This document shows positions 38,984 to 48,860 of a stretch of DNA of 64,000 bases, piece by piece. The stretch is from NCBI GenBank assembly GCA_963732385.1, contig CAVSZB010000007.1, forward strand, positions 1,056,001 to 1,120,000, given 5' to 3'. A model generated the notes under the pieces. That model was not told the origin of the DNA. It was given only the letters and a program-made list of their open reading frames with translations, and searched no databases. Source of the DNA: an uncultured bacterium (GTDB taxonomy: Bacteria; Krumholzibacteriota; Krumholzibacteriia; LZORAL124-64-63). A program made the position numbers and the translations under genes. The number at the start of each line of letters is the position of its first letter. The stretch's first letter is position 1.

Positions 38984-41251
38984 ATGCACCATCCGAACCG
39001 CGCCGCAACGCCCGGCCTCCCCCGCCTGGGGATCGCCCTGCTGATCGCGCTCGCGGCAACCGCCGTCCCGGCGCTGGCCGCCCCCGCCCAGGCCCAGGTC
39101 GGGGCCGTGGCCGCCGAGGGAGCCGCGTCCGAACCGTCGGCCGACTGGCGGGAGCGCTCCGATCTCCTGGCTACCTTCCGCGAGCGGATGCGCGCCGCCG
39201 ACCTGGACGGCGCCGCGGCGACCGCCCGCCGCTTCCTCGAACGCTTTCCCGACGACGGCGACATGGCCTACAACCTGGCCTGCGTGGAGACGCGACGCGG
39301 CGCGATCGCGGAGGCCTGGCCGGCGATCGAGCGCGCGTTGGCTTCGCCGACCGCGGATCCCCGCCAGGCCGAAAGCGATGCCGATCTGGACCCCTTGCGC
39401 AGCGATCCGCGCTTCGCCCGCCTCCTGGCCGACGCGCGCAGCCGCCTGTGCGCCCGCGCGGAAACCGCCCGGATCGTCCTGCGGGAAGGATACCCGGGCG
39501 GGGATCTGCCCCTGCTGCCCAACGACGGCTCACCGCCCGATACCGCCGGGCCCGTGGTCACCGTGCGTCTGGAAGCGAATGCGCGCGGGTTGACGCTGCG
39601 GGGGCGGGTGCAGGATTCACACTTCCGCGACCGCACACAGCCATGGCGCAACGGCGACGGCTTCCGGGTCACGATCGTGGCGCCGCCCGCGCGCGGCGGC
39701 TCCGGCTTCGACGGTGAGCGTTCGTTCGGCTTCGGCTTCGGTCTGCAGGATCGCCGTTGGATCGGTGCGTTCATCGAAGCGGACGGCGTCACGACGCCTC
39801 TGCACGTGCTGGAACCGGCGCCCAAGGTGCGCTTTACGCCGGACGGCCGCACCGCCTTCTACACGATCCAGGTGCCCTGGGCCAGTCTGGCCCCTTACGC
39901 CCCGCCGGTGGACACCCTGCTGGGGGTGAACGTCAGCTACCTGAGCGTCGGCAACGATCGGGTGCGACGCATCGCGGCACTCGTGCCCGATCCCGCGCTC
40001 GGGAGCGAGGGTTCCCCGCGCTGGCGACGCTATGCCCCGGTCACGCTGAGACCAAGCGACCGCTCCCTGCCACGCCTGACGGGCGCGGTCACGAACGCTG
40101 TGGTGACCGACGCGCCGCTCGGCATCACCCTGGCCGCCTGGCTGCCGCAACCGCTCGTAGCGACCGTGCGGGTGGAGATCCTCGACCTGGCGAACCGCTC
40201 CGTGGTCGCCCCGGGTGGCGATGACATCACCGCCGACGCCAACGCCGGCCTCAACGTCTGGCAACGGACAGCCGACCTGTCGTCGCTGCCAAGCGGGCCG
40301 TTCCGCGTCCGGGCGATTCTCGCGACTTCGGGACTCGACACCCTGCGCTGGCAGACCGAGCTGCTGCGCCTCGATCCCGCCTGGACCACCAGCGCGCGAT
40401 CCGCCGCCGCGCAGGCCCCCCCGACCGAGCAACCGAGCCTCGACTACCGGCTCGACGCGATCATCTCGGAGCTCGCCGCCCGCGAACCGCGCGCGTTGCC
40501 CTCCCGGCTGACCGCCACGCTGCTCGAGACCGGCAGGCTGCTGCAGCAACTCGAACGGGCCGGCACGGTCCTCCCCGACAGCGGCGTCTTTCTCGCGGCC
40601 TGGCGCGACGCGGCCGGCGCGCTCCGTCCGTGCCCCGTGCGGATTCCGTCCGGATTCAACCGCGCGCGGCCGCACCGTCTGCTGCTGCTGGCGACGGGGC
40701 GCGGGCCCGACGCCGGTCGTACGGCGATGATCATCATCAACCGGCTGCGCCTGCCCGGCGATCTGGTGGTCGCGGCGCCGGAACTTCCGGACGCGGGACC
40801 GGCGGCGTCGGCGGCTGATGCCGCCGCGGCGCTGCGCTGGATCCGCGCGCTCGCCCCCCCCGGGGAAACCTGCCTGGCCGGACTCGATGGTGGGGCCGCG
40901 GATGCGCTGGCCCTGAGCCTCACGCTCCCGGAACTGTGCGACCGGGTGCTGCTCGTCGTGGGTACCGGCGTGGAACCGTGGACCGGGACCACGCCTGTGG
41001 CGCTGGCGGCGGCGCTGCGCGCCCGCCCCAACACGCTTCCCTACACGGTGCTGGAGGCGGGGTCCGACGCGCCCCCGTTCGCAAGCGCTCCAGCGCCGGC
41101 GCCGGGAGAGCCGGCGGCCGCGCGCGATATCGCGGGGTTGCTGCGCGCGGCCGGTCTGCGGGTGGTGCCGGAGCGCTCCGACGCACCGGGCTCGCCGACC
41201 CTGCAGGAGATCGCCGACCTGCTGGCCGGATGGCTGGACGCCGACCGCTGA
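38984..41251 (+). CDS. Exported multidomain protein: TPR, sugar-binding/DOMON-like, Ig-like and degenerate alpha/beta-hydrolase regions
   Basis: GGAGG RBS; signal peptide; AYNLAC...DLDPLRSDPRF TPR cap; 'VQD...W.NGDG...YTIQVPW'; C-terminal CLAGLDGGA. Domain calls are by eye. Confidence 0.7.
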   Translation: MHHPNRAATPGLPRLGIALLIALAATAVPALAAPAQAQVGAVAAEGAASEPSADWRERSDLLATFRERMRAADLDGAAATARRFLERFPDDGDMAYNLACVETRRGAIAEAWPAIERALASPTADPRQAESDADLDPLRSDPRFARLLADARSRLCARAETARIVLREGYPGGDLPLLPNDGSPPDTAGPVVTVRLEANARGLTLRGRVQDSHFRDRTQPWRNGDGFRVTIVAPPARGGSGFDGERSFGFGFGLQDRRWIGAFIEADGVTTPLHVLEPAPKVRFTPDGRTAFYTIQVPWASLAPYAPPVDTLLGVNVSYLSVGNDRVRRIAALVPDPALGSEGSPRWRRYAPVTLRPSDRSLPRLTGAVTNAVVTDAPLGITLAAWLPQPLVATVRVEILDLANRSVVAPGGDDITADANAGLNVWQRTADLSSLPSGPFRVRAILATSGLDTLRWQTELLRLDPAWTTSARSAAAQAPPTEQPSLDYRLDAIISELAAREPRALPSRLTATLLETGRLLQQLERAGTVLPDSGVFLAAWRDAAGALRPCPVRIPSGFNRARPHRLLLLATGRGPDAGRTAMIIINRLRLPGDLVVAAPELPDAGPAASAADAAAALRWIRALAPPGETCLAGLDGGAADALALSLTLPELCDRVLLVVGTGVEPWTGTTPVALAAALRARPNTLPYTVLEAGSDAPPFASAPAPAPGEPAAARDIAGLLRAAGLRVVPERSDAPGSPTLQEIADLLAGWLDADR

Positions 41252-41267
41252 AAGCAGAACGCGGACG

Positions 41268-41657
41268 TCAGGAACCGAAGAAGTTGATCCGCTCGTAGAC
41301 ACCGGCGTCATCGCCATAGGGGACGACCTTCTCGCCGTCCATGACGAATGTCGCGTGTTCGCCATAGACCCGGCTGAACTGTACCCGCCGGGTGCGCTGG
41401 CCAGGCAGGACCAGCAGGATCTCCGCCAGCTTTTTCGCCGCCGTCGAAACGAGATCGGCGCCACAGGCGGGGCAGGTGAACTCGACCATTTCGCCGTCCT
41501 GCAGCGCGAAACCGGAGTCGATGATCGAACGGTAATTGCCCGGCTGGGGACTGAGCAGAATCAACCCACGCCGCTTTCCCCGCCGCGCGGCGAGAATGAT
41601 CTTGGTATGCGGGTTCAGCACGGCGTGGCAGTGAGGGCAGGCGTAGGTCCATTTCAT
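41268..41657 (-). CDS. Small double-CxxC (Zn-ribbon-like) protein of unknown function
   Basis: MKWTYACPHC...FTCPACG; AAGGA RBS. Confidence 0.8.
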   Translation of the reverse strand: MKWTYACPHCHAVLNPHTKIILAARRGKRRGLILLSPQPGNYRSIIDSGFALQDGEMVEFTCPACGADLVSTAAKKLAEILLVLPGQRTRRVQFSRVYGEHATFVMDGEKVVPYGDDAGVYERINFFGS

Positions 41658-41868
41658 CGCGGCGAGTCCTTTCGACGCCCGCACGCCCCGCCGGAGCGGG
41701 GCGCCGGCCGGATCCTTCGGCGCTTCTGGCAGGCCGAATTGTACGCCCCCGGCACAGCGACCGTCAACGCGCACGGCTGTCGCCTTGACGCGGCGACCGG
41801 TTTCCCGCCATCCTGAGACCGGCACGATCGGCACGTTACCCTGGCCCGACCCCGAGGAGAAGCCACCG

Positions 41869-42840
41869 ATGACGCGAACACTCGAAACCCTGCTCCTGCT
41901 CGCCCTGCCCGCATCGGGCAAGTCGGAGGTGCGCCGTTATCTGGCCGGCCTCGATCCCACCGTCTGCGGCGCCGACTTCCAGCTCGGAGAAACGGTCCAG
42001 CTCGACGATTTCCCCTACGTGCATCTCATGCGACGAATCAGCCAGGAGCTCAAGCAGCGCGGGCGCGACGGCATCTTCTTCGCTTCGGACGAGCTGCCGT
42101 TCCAGGACCCGCGCGACTGGGGCACCCTGATCGAGCTGCTCAACGAGGACTACGCCGACCTCGTCGCCCGGCGACGTCCCGCGCCGGCCTCCGCCGCGGA
42201 GTGGATCTTCGACCGTTTCGATGCCGCCCGCCGGGCGGCGGGTGCGCCCGCCCTGCTCGGCGATCTGCCGACGACCACCCGCCGCGAGGTGGCGGCGGCC
42301 CTCGAACCCGAGGCGGCGGACCTGCTGCGCGAGCGCAACGCCGGCATCCCCGACAGCCTCGACGGCAAAACCGTGGTCATCGAATTCGCGCGGGGCGGCC
42401 CGGACGGCTCGGCCCTGCCTCTGCCGGCGCCGTACGGCTACCGGCACTCGCTGGCGATGCTCAGCCCGGCCATCCTCGAGCGGGCGGCCATCCTCTACAT
42501 CTGGGTCACCCCGGAAGAGTCGCGCCGGAAGAACCGGGCGCGGGCCAATCCCGACGACCCCGGCTCCATCCTCCACCACGGCGTGCCCGACGCCGTGATG
42601 TACGGCGACTACGGCTGCGACGACATCGCCTGGCTGCTCGACCAATCCGACCGGCCCGACGCCGTGCGCGTCGACGCCCACGGCCGCCCGTGGCACCTGC
42701 CGCTCGGCCGCTTCGACAACCGCGTCGACAAGACCTCATTCGTGCGCGAGGAACGCGCCCGCTGGGCGTCCGGCGATGTGGCGGCGCTGCACGCCGGCCT
42801 GCGGGAGGCGTTCGCGAGCGTGGCGCGCGCGCGGGGCTGA
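41869..42840 (+). CDS. Uncharacterised P-loop protein, nucleotide-kinase-like
   Basis: GAGGAG RBS; N-terminal LLLALPASGKSE Walker A variant; LYIWVTPEESRRKNRAR resembles an NMP-kinase lid. Confidence 0.75.
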   Translation: MTRTLETLLLLALPASGKSEVRRYLAGLDPTVCGADFQLGETVQLDDFPYVHLMRRISQELKQRGRDGIFFASDELPFQDPRDWGTLIELLNEDYADLVARRRPAPASAAEWIFDRFDAARRAAGAPALLGDLPTTTRREVAAALEPEAADLLRERNAGIPDSLDGKTVVIEFARGGPDGSALPLPAPYGYRHSLAMLSPAILERAAILYIWVTPEESRRKNRARANPDDPGSILHHGVPDAVMYGDYGCDDIAWLLDQSDRPDAVRVDAHGRPWHLPLGRFDNRVDKTSFVREERARWASGDVAALHAGLREAFASVARARG

Positions 42841-42855
42841 GGGGAAGCGCGGAAT

Positions 42856-43236
42856 TCAGCGGGGAATGTCGTCGAACGGGCCGACCCAGCGATTCACCAT
42901 GTCGCCCAGCACCTTGAGGGTGACCGGCTTGGCGAGGTAGTCGCTCATCCCCGCCACCAGGCACCGCTCGCGGTCGGTGGCGAAGGCATGCGCCGTGATG
43001 GCGATGATCGGCAGGTCGGCGCGCCCACGGGCGCGGATCTCGCGCGCGGTGGTGAATCCATCCATCACCGGCATCTGGACGTCCAGCAGGACGGCGTCGT
43101 ACTCGACCTTCTCCAGCACCTCGAGGGCGTCGGCGCCGTTGGCTACGGCGTCGACATCGTACCCTAGCTTCTGCAGCATGCGGGTCTCCATGTTGCGGTT
43201 GACGTCGTTGTCCTCGACCAGCAGAAGCCGGATCAC
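42856..43236 (-). CDS. Single-domain response regulator (receiver only)
   Basis: LLVEDN, LLDVQMPVMDG, IIAITAHA, YLAKPV; GTG after GGAGGGG. Confidence 0.92.
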   Translation of the reverse strand: MIRLLLVEDNDVNRNMETRMLQKLGYDVDAVANGADALEVLEKVEYDAVLLDVQMPVMDGFTTAREIRARGRADLPIIAITAHAFATDRERCLVAGMSDYLAKPVTLKVLGDMVNRWVGPFDDIPR

Positions 43237-43359
43237 ACGTCCCCTCCCCCCGCGCCGCGCTCCCCACCTGGATCGCCGGGCGCGCACGCAGCTTTCCCCC
43301 GGGATATCTCGACGGATTTGCCTCGAACTTGAGGCGATATTCCACATCTGGCGCCGCGC

Positions 43360-43938
43360 TCAGCGCGAATGGCCGGCGCCCTCGGTCGCCGCCACCTCCA
43401 GCCGCAACGGCAGCACGATGCGCGCCGGCGCGAGACAGCTGCTGGCGTCGCACGCCTGCACCTCGAGGACCAGCTCCACCCGCCGCGAACCGGCCAGACA
43501 ACTGTCGGGCAGCACGCCGCCCACGGCGATGGTCTGGCGACCGGCCAGCAGGCGCACCGGGGTGCCGAAGAAGTCGCCCGACCGACCCTCGGGATGGGCC
43601 ACCGACGCCCCGGCCAGCGGTCCGGGCGCCAATCCCGTCAGATCGACACCGTAGAAAACCGTGTCGCCGTGCGCGTAGAGATGCCACCCCTTCTTCACGG
43701 TGAAATCGATCGCGAAGGCGTAGGGACGGCCAGGAACCACCGTCAGAACCGCGGGCCTCAGCACGGCCCTGACCACCCCCGCCGAATCGGCCAGCCGGTC
43801 GCCGGCCGACTCGCCGGCGGCGGCGGCACCGGGCGCCGCAACGGCGGACACCGACGCGGCGCAACACACGAAGCAGGCGAGACAGCCGAGACGGAGCAGC
43901 CTCCCGATCCGGGCTCCTGGCGCGATACGGCTGATCAT
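43360..43938 (-). CDS. Stand-alone exported DsbD N-terminal (Ig-like) domain protein
   Basis: TGATG overlap with the decarboxylase; signal peptide; GWHLYA and QACDASSCLAP motifs. Confidence 0.8.
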   Translation of the reverse strand: MISRIAPGARIGRLLRLGCLACFVCCAASVSAVAAPGAAAAGESAGDRLADSAGVVRAVLRPAVLTVVPGRPYAFAIDFTVKKGWHLYAHGDTVFYGVDLTGLAPGPLAGASVAHPEGRSGDFFGTPVRLLAGRQTIAVGGVLPDSCLAGSRRVELVLEVQACDASSCLAPARIVLPLRLEVAATEGAGHSR

Positions 43939-45527
43939 CAGGCACCTCCGGAGGCGGGCGGCGACGGACGGTGCGTCGCGGCGGCCGCGGGCAGCAGACG
44001 GGCGGTGGCCCGCTCGATGACGCGCAGGAGGCGATCGATGTCGTCCCGGCGCATGCGGCGGTTCTCGACATTCACGCGCAGGGCGACCCGTCCCTTCAGG
44101 ATCGTGTGGCTGAACCAGGCGTCCCCCTCGCGCTCCACGAGATCCTGCAGATCCCGGTTGAGTTGATCGACCGTCTCGGGCGCCAGCGGCGGCGCACCCG
44201 GCGCCGGCAGCGGGCGCCAGCGAAACGTGCAGATGCCGAGACTGTTCGGCCCGATCAGTTCGTACTCCGGCCGGCGGCGCAGCAGACCGGCCAGCGCGCG
44301 GGCCAGGTCGATGTCCTGCTCGATCCAGGAGGCGTACCGGCTGCGTCCGGTCATCTTGAAGGCCAGCCAGATCTTCAGGGCATTGAAGCGGCGGCTGCCC
44401 TGGATCCCATACTGGAAGAAGTTTACCTTGTCCCCCTTGTGGAAGCCACGGGGATCGGGCGGAGGCAGGTCGTCGGCGCCGAGCGGCTGGCGCTCCATGT
44501 AATACTCGGGATGCACCAGGAAACTGCGCCGCAGGAAATCGCCGTCGCGGACCAGGATCGCGCCGGCCTCGAACGGCACGTACAGCCACTTGTGCGGATC
44601 GACGGTGATCGAGTCGGCCAGCTCGATCCCCCGCAACAGGACCCGGTAGCGCTCAGACAGCAGGGCGGCTCCGCCATACGCCGCATCGACATGGAACCAA
44701 CAGCCGTGACGGCGGGCGATCGCCGCCAGCCGGTCCAGCTTGTCCACGCTGCCCGTGTTAGTGGTGCCGGCGATTCCGATGATGCAGCAGGGACGCCGTC
44801 CCGCCGCCCGATCGGCCGCGATCGCCTGTTCGAGCGCCTCGAGATCGATGCGGAAGAGCGGGTCTTCGGGGATCTTGCGCAACTGCGAGCGTCCGAGACC
44901 GAGCAGGTTCACCGCCTTGTCGAAACTGTAATGGGCCTGTGCGGAGACGTACATCGTCAACTCGCGCAGATCCGCGGCCGCCGGATCGTCGGGGAGATCT
45001 TCCTGCGAAAGATCGCGCCCGAGCGCCCGGTTGACCGCGAGTTTCAACCCGGTCACGTTGGCGAGCGAGCCTCCGGCCGTCAGCGTACCGAACGCATCCT
45101 CGCCGAGGCCGCACAGGCCACACAACCAGCGGACCACCCTTTTCTCGATGGCGGTCGCTGCGGGGGCGTGCCGCCAGGAGGCCGCGTTCTGGTTCATCAC
45201 GGCCGCGAGCGCGTCGGCGAAGACCGCCACCGGCAGCGGCGCGGGATTCATCATGCCGAAGTAACGCCGGCTTCCGATGGCCATGGAATTGGGAAAGACT
45301 TTCGATCGGCACTCCTGCAGGAGGACATCGTAGTCCGTGCCGCTCTCGGGCAGCGGTTCGTCGAAGAGGTCGTCCATGCCGGCCGGCGAGACGGGCCCGT
45401 ACACGCGGCGCCCCTCCAACCCCTCGAGGTACTCGGCCATCAGGTCGACGAAGGCATAGCCCAGGTCGCGGAAAGCGTCGGCGTCGAACTCCTGGCCATC
45501 GCGCCGCGCATCGCGCTCGTCGGTCAC
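43938..45527 (-). CDS. Group II PLP-dependent amino acid decarboxylase
   Basis: GGSLAN, AHYS, AGTTNTGSVD, HVDAAYGG, DPHKW. Confidence 0.93.
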   Translation of the reverse strand: MTDERDARRDGQEFDADAFRDLGYAFVDLMAEYLEGLEGRRVYGPVSPAGMDDLFDEPLPESGTDYDVLLQECRSKVFPNSMAIGSRRYFGMMNPAPLPVAVFADALAAVMNQNAASWRHAPAATAIEKRVVRWLCGLCGLGEDAFGTLTAGGSLANVTGLKLAVNRALGRDLSQEDLPDDPAAADLRELTMYVSAQAHYSFDKAVNLLGLGRSQLRKIPEDPLFRIDLEALEQAIAADRAAGRRPCCIIGIAGTTNTGSVDKLDRLAAIARRHGCWFHVDAAYGGAALLSERYRVLLRGIELADSITVDPHKWLYVPFEAGAILVRDGDFLRRSFLVHPEYYMERQPLGADDLPPPDPRGFHKGDKVNFFQYGIQGSRRFNALKIWLAFKMTGRSRYASWIEQDIDLARALAGLLRRRPEYELIGPNSLGICTFRWRPLPAPGAPPLAPETVDQLNRDLQDLVEREGDAWFSHTILKGRVALRVNVENRRMRRDDIDRLLRVIERATARLLPAAAATHRPSPPASGGA

Positions 45528-46447
45528 CGCGCCCGCTCCTCTCCGGCCGGGGACGGAGGGAACCGTCCGGCCGCAATCTCCTCCAGCACCACCGCACCGC
45601 CGCTCGCCTGCACCGCCGGCGCGACCCGGTCGGCCGCGGCGCGCACCGGCGCCGGCGCGTTGCCCATCGCCACGCTGTAGCCCGCCACCTCGAACAAATC
45701 GAGGTCGTTGTAGTTGTCCCCCAGGGCGACGATGCGTTCGCGCGGGATGCCGTACTCGGCCGCCAGCAACAACGCCCCCGCCCCCTTGCCACAGTCGCGG
45801 TGATAGACCTCCGCCCAGCGGTACCGTTCGCGGCTGAGCAGCGATTCGGTGTTGACCACCCGCACGACGTGCCCCAGTTCCTGTTCGATGGCTGCGGTGA
45901 GCCGCGACACGAGATCCTCGCGATCGATGGTCCCCACTTCGAGCGCCTCGTCCGGCAGGGCGGACTCGAGATCCTCCACCACGTTGATCGCGCCCACCGT
46001 GGCGCGCCGGCGGTCGAGGTACCGCGCGAGCACCGAGTTCGCGTTGCCCGCTTCGTGGTGCAGGACGCCGTCGCGATCATCGGTGTCGTACACCATGGGC
46101 AGCGCGCCGTGCGCCCGGAAAAGAGCCACCAGACGACTCAGCGTCGCCCGATCCAGCGTGCGATGCGCCAGACGCCGCCGCGGCTCGCCGCCCACGACGA
46201 CGGCGCCGTTGAGCAGCACCAGCGGCAGGTCAGCCAGCAGCGGGTCGCAGCGGTCCAGCAGGCCGGCCACGGAACGGCTGTTGCGCCCCGTGCAGAGCGC
46301 CACCACGTGTCCGGCCTCGCGCGCGGTCAGCAGCGCCGCCACTTCGCGGGGACGCAGCACATCCTCGAACTCGCTGTCGAGGAGCGTGCCATCGACATCG
46401 ACGGCGATCAGGAGTCTGCCCTTGCCGACCACAGGTTCCTTGCCCAT
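45524..46447 (-). CDS. Cof-like HAD superfamily phosphatase
   Basis: DVDGTLL, CTGR, NGA, GKG, GDNYNDLDLF, AMGNA. Start may be 46456. Confidence 0.92.
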   Translation of the reverse strand: MGKEPVVGKGRLLIAVDVDGTLLDSEFEDVLRPREVAALLTAREAGHVVALCTGRNSRSVAGLLDRCDPLLADLPLVLLNGAVVVGGEPRRRLAHRTLDRATLSRLVALFRAHGALPMVYDTDDRDGVLHHEAGNANSVLARYLDRRRATVGAINVVEDLESALPDEALEVGTIDREDLVSRLTAAIEQELGHVVRVVNTESLLSRERYRWAEVYHRDCGKGAGALLLAAEYGIPRERIVALGDNYNDLDLFEVAGYSVAMGNAPAPVRAAADRVAPAVQASGGAVVLEEIAAGRFPPSPAGEERAR

Positions 46448-46507
46448 GCGGGGCAATATCGACCACCGGCCAAGAGAGCGCCAGCGGCAGCTCCGCTTTG
46501 CGGGCCG

Positions 46508-47356
46508 CTACGGCCCATCCTTCCAGGCCCGCGAGGCCTGTCCGGCCGGCGGCGCCACGAATGAACGGCAGAAACCGGAGAGGACGCGCGCCGCGGGACG
46601 ACCGTTGGGGAAAACCTTGTCCGCCCGGAAATCGAATTCGCCCATGAGCCGGCGCGATTCCCGGTTGACGCCGAGCGCCAGGCCGACGAGGCGTCCGTCG
46701 AGCCGGCCGAGCGCGAGTCCCTCCGTCCAGGAATCGTCGAGGGCGCTGCCCAGCAGCCTGTCGACCCAGCCGTCGGCATCGAGCACCAGCCAGCCCTCAT
46801 CCAGTCGCCAGCAGACGACCCCCGCATAGGGGAAGACCCGCGCGGAGTCGTCGCGCGCGAGCCGGAGGTTGGCGTCGCCGAGCCGCCACTCGCTCAGGAC
46901 GATTTCGCGCGAGAGGCGCAGGGTGCCGGGGTGGTAGCCGAGTATGCTGTACGGCATGGGAAAAGCGAGATCGCCGTCGAGACTGAGCCGCCAGCGGCGG
47001 GTTGGGCGCGGGCCCCCGAGCGCCGTAGACGCGGAGTCGATGACCGCCTGTCGTTCCACGCGGCGGATCCGGTCAAGCGGCAGTCGCGTGGGGCGGCCGC
47101 TGCCCGCGACCCGCACCGCCAGCGCCGGCGCCTCCCAGACGCCCAGCGAATCGCCCTCGGCGATGGCGATGAGCAGTTCGAACAGCGGATCGCGCACTTC
47201 CGGAAGCGCGGCCGCCGCGGTCACACCGTCGGCGCGCCGTACGCGGCCCGGAGCGTCACGATCTCCAGCCGCCGTTGCGGCGCCGGGACTGCCGACCACC
47301 GTCGCCGCGAGGCCGAGCGCGAGCAGCAGGTTCCGGAGCGCCGGGAGCCGTCTCAA
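46508..47356 (-). CDS. Exported protein of unknown function, paralog B
   Basis: TTG start overlaps the paralog A stop (TTGA); signal peptide; colinear similarity to 47353-48270. Confidence 0.8.
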   Translation of the reverse strand: MRRLPALRNLLLALGLAATVVGSPGAATAAGDRDAPGRVRRADGVTAAAALPEVRDPLFELLIAIAEGDSLGVWEAPALAVRVAGSGRPTRLPLDRIRRVERQAVIDSASTALGGPRPTRRWRLSLDGDLAFPMPYSILGYHPGTLRLSREIVLSEWRLGDANLRLARDDSARVFPYAGVVCWRLDEGWLVLDADGWVDRLLGSALDDSWTEGLALGRLDGRLVGLALGVNRESRRLMGEFDFRADKVFPNGRPAARVLSGFCRSFVAPPAGQASRAWKDGP

Positions 47357-48270
47357 GGCGCCTCTCCCTCGCCGACCTCGAAGCGCCACGGCACGCGCGC
47401 CGATCCCGGCGGCGGGGCGACCCAGGGCCGGGCCAGCCGGCTCAGCCCGCGCGCCGCCGGTTCCGGATGCGCCACGATGCGGTCGTGGCCGAGATCGAAC
47501 TCGCCGTAGTCGTCGCCCCCATCGCGGTTTGTCAGCAGCGAGACCTCGAATGGCCGCCCTGCGTGGCGCGCGAAGACAAAACCGCAGGTCCAGTAGTCGT
47601 CCAGCAGCCCGCCGAGTAGCGCGTCGAGCCAGGCATCGACGTCCAGCACGAACCACCCCGTGTCCAGGCGCAGCACGCACACATCGCTCACGTCGATGGT
47701 GTCGAGGCGGCCGTCGACGACGACATGGAGGGTCTGATCCTGCAGACGCCACTCGCTCAGGACGAAGGTGCGGGCCGCCGCGAGCGTGCCGGGGTGGTAG
47801 CCCAGGAAGGCGTAGGGCAGCGGCAGCCGCAGCGCGTGTGACAGTTCGAGTTCCCACACGCGTGTGACGGTCGCGCCGCGGCGCTGCTCCGCCTCGGCGA
47901 CCGTGGCGGGGCGTCGCACGATCCGCACGATGTCGCCCAGCGGCAGCCGGCTGCGCCGCCCGGAGTCCGCCACATAGCGTGCGAGCCGCGCCCCGTCCCA
48001 GATTCCCAGCGAGTCGTTTTCCGTGATCGCGAACAGCAACTCCAGGACCGGATCGCGCACGCCCGAAGGGGGCACGGGCTGGGCCGCGTCGACGCTGTCG
48101 GCGCGGTCCGCACCGGCGCCGGCCGCCGGGGCCGAACTGTCGGCGGCAGCCGGGGCGTGTCGCTGCGGCTGGTGGTCCGGGCGGGCGTCGGCCAGGGCGG
48201 TCGCGACCAGCAGCATCACCGGCACCAGCCAGCCGGAGCGCAGGGCGCACGAGGCGCGGCGCATGTTCAC
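47353..48270 (-). CDS. Exported protein of unknown function, paralog A
   Basis: GTGA overlap with the pdxT stop; signal peptide; shares VRDP, DSLG.W, RLPL, LGYHPGTL, LSEWRL, LLG..LDD.W and GEFD with paralog B. Confidence 0.8.
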   Translation of the reverse strand: MNMRRASCALRSGWLVPVMLLVATALADARPDHQPQRHAPAAADSSAPAAGAGADRADSVDAAQPVPPSGVRDPVLELLFAITENDSLGIWDGARLARYVADSGRRSRLPLGDIVRIVRRPATVAEAEQRRGATVTRVWELELSHALRLPLPYAFLGYHPGTLAAARTFVLSEWRLQDQTLHVVVDGRLDTIDVSDVCVLRLDTGWFVLDVDAWLDALLGGLLDDYWTCGFVFARHAGRPFEVSLLTNRDGGDDYGEFDLGHDRIVAHPEPAARGLSRLARPWVAPPPGSARVPWRFEVGEGEAP

Positions 48271-48860
48271 TCCCCCCCGCAGGACGCCACGAAACGGGCG
48301 TGCACACGCAGGTTGTCGGTCAATTCAGGATGGAAGGTCAGGCCGTGCACCAGCCCCTGCCGCACCGCGACCGGTTCACCGCGGTGGGTTCCCAGCACCG
48401 CGCAGGCCGGACCGGTCGCGAGGATCCGCGGCGCGCGGATGAAGACGGCGGGAAACGACGCGCTGTCGCCATCGAGCGGGGTGAGATCGACGTCAGCGCT
48501 GAACGAGTCGACCTGCCGGCCGTAGCCGTTGCGCCGCACGAGACAGTCGAGCAGCCCGAGCGGCGTCACGCCGTGCCGCGGCGAATCCTCGTCGAGCCGC
48601 TGCGCCAGCATGATCAGCCCGGCGCAGGTGCCGAGCACCGGTCGCCGCGCGGCGAAGGCGACCAGCGGCTCGCGCAGACCGCCGCGGTCGAGCAGGCGCG
48701 TGAGCGTGGTCGACTCGCCTCCGGGGATGATCAGTCCGGCGCATCCCCCCAGCTCCGCGGGCCGGCGCACGAGCCGCCACGGCGAGCCGAGGCAGTCGAG
48801 CGCCCGGGCGTGGAGGGAGAAATCGCCCTGCAGGGCGAGCAGTCCGATCGGTCGGGTCAC
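48267..48860 (-). CDS. pdxT: PLP synthase glutaminase subunit
   Basis: [36 protein letters not shown]. Confidence 0.96.
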   Translation of the reverse strand: MTRPIGLLALQGDFSLHARALDCLGSPWRLVRRPAELGGCAGLIIPGGESTTLTRLLDRGGLREPLVAFAARRPVLGTCAGLIMLAQRLDEDSPRHGVTPLGLLDCLVRRNGYGRQVDSFSADVDLTPLDGDSASFPAVFIRAPRILATGPACAVLGTHRGEPVAVRQGLVHGLTFHPELTDNLRVHARFVASCGGE

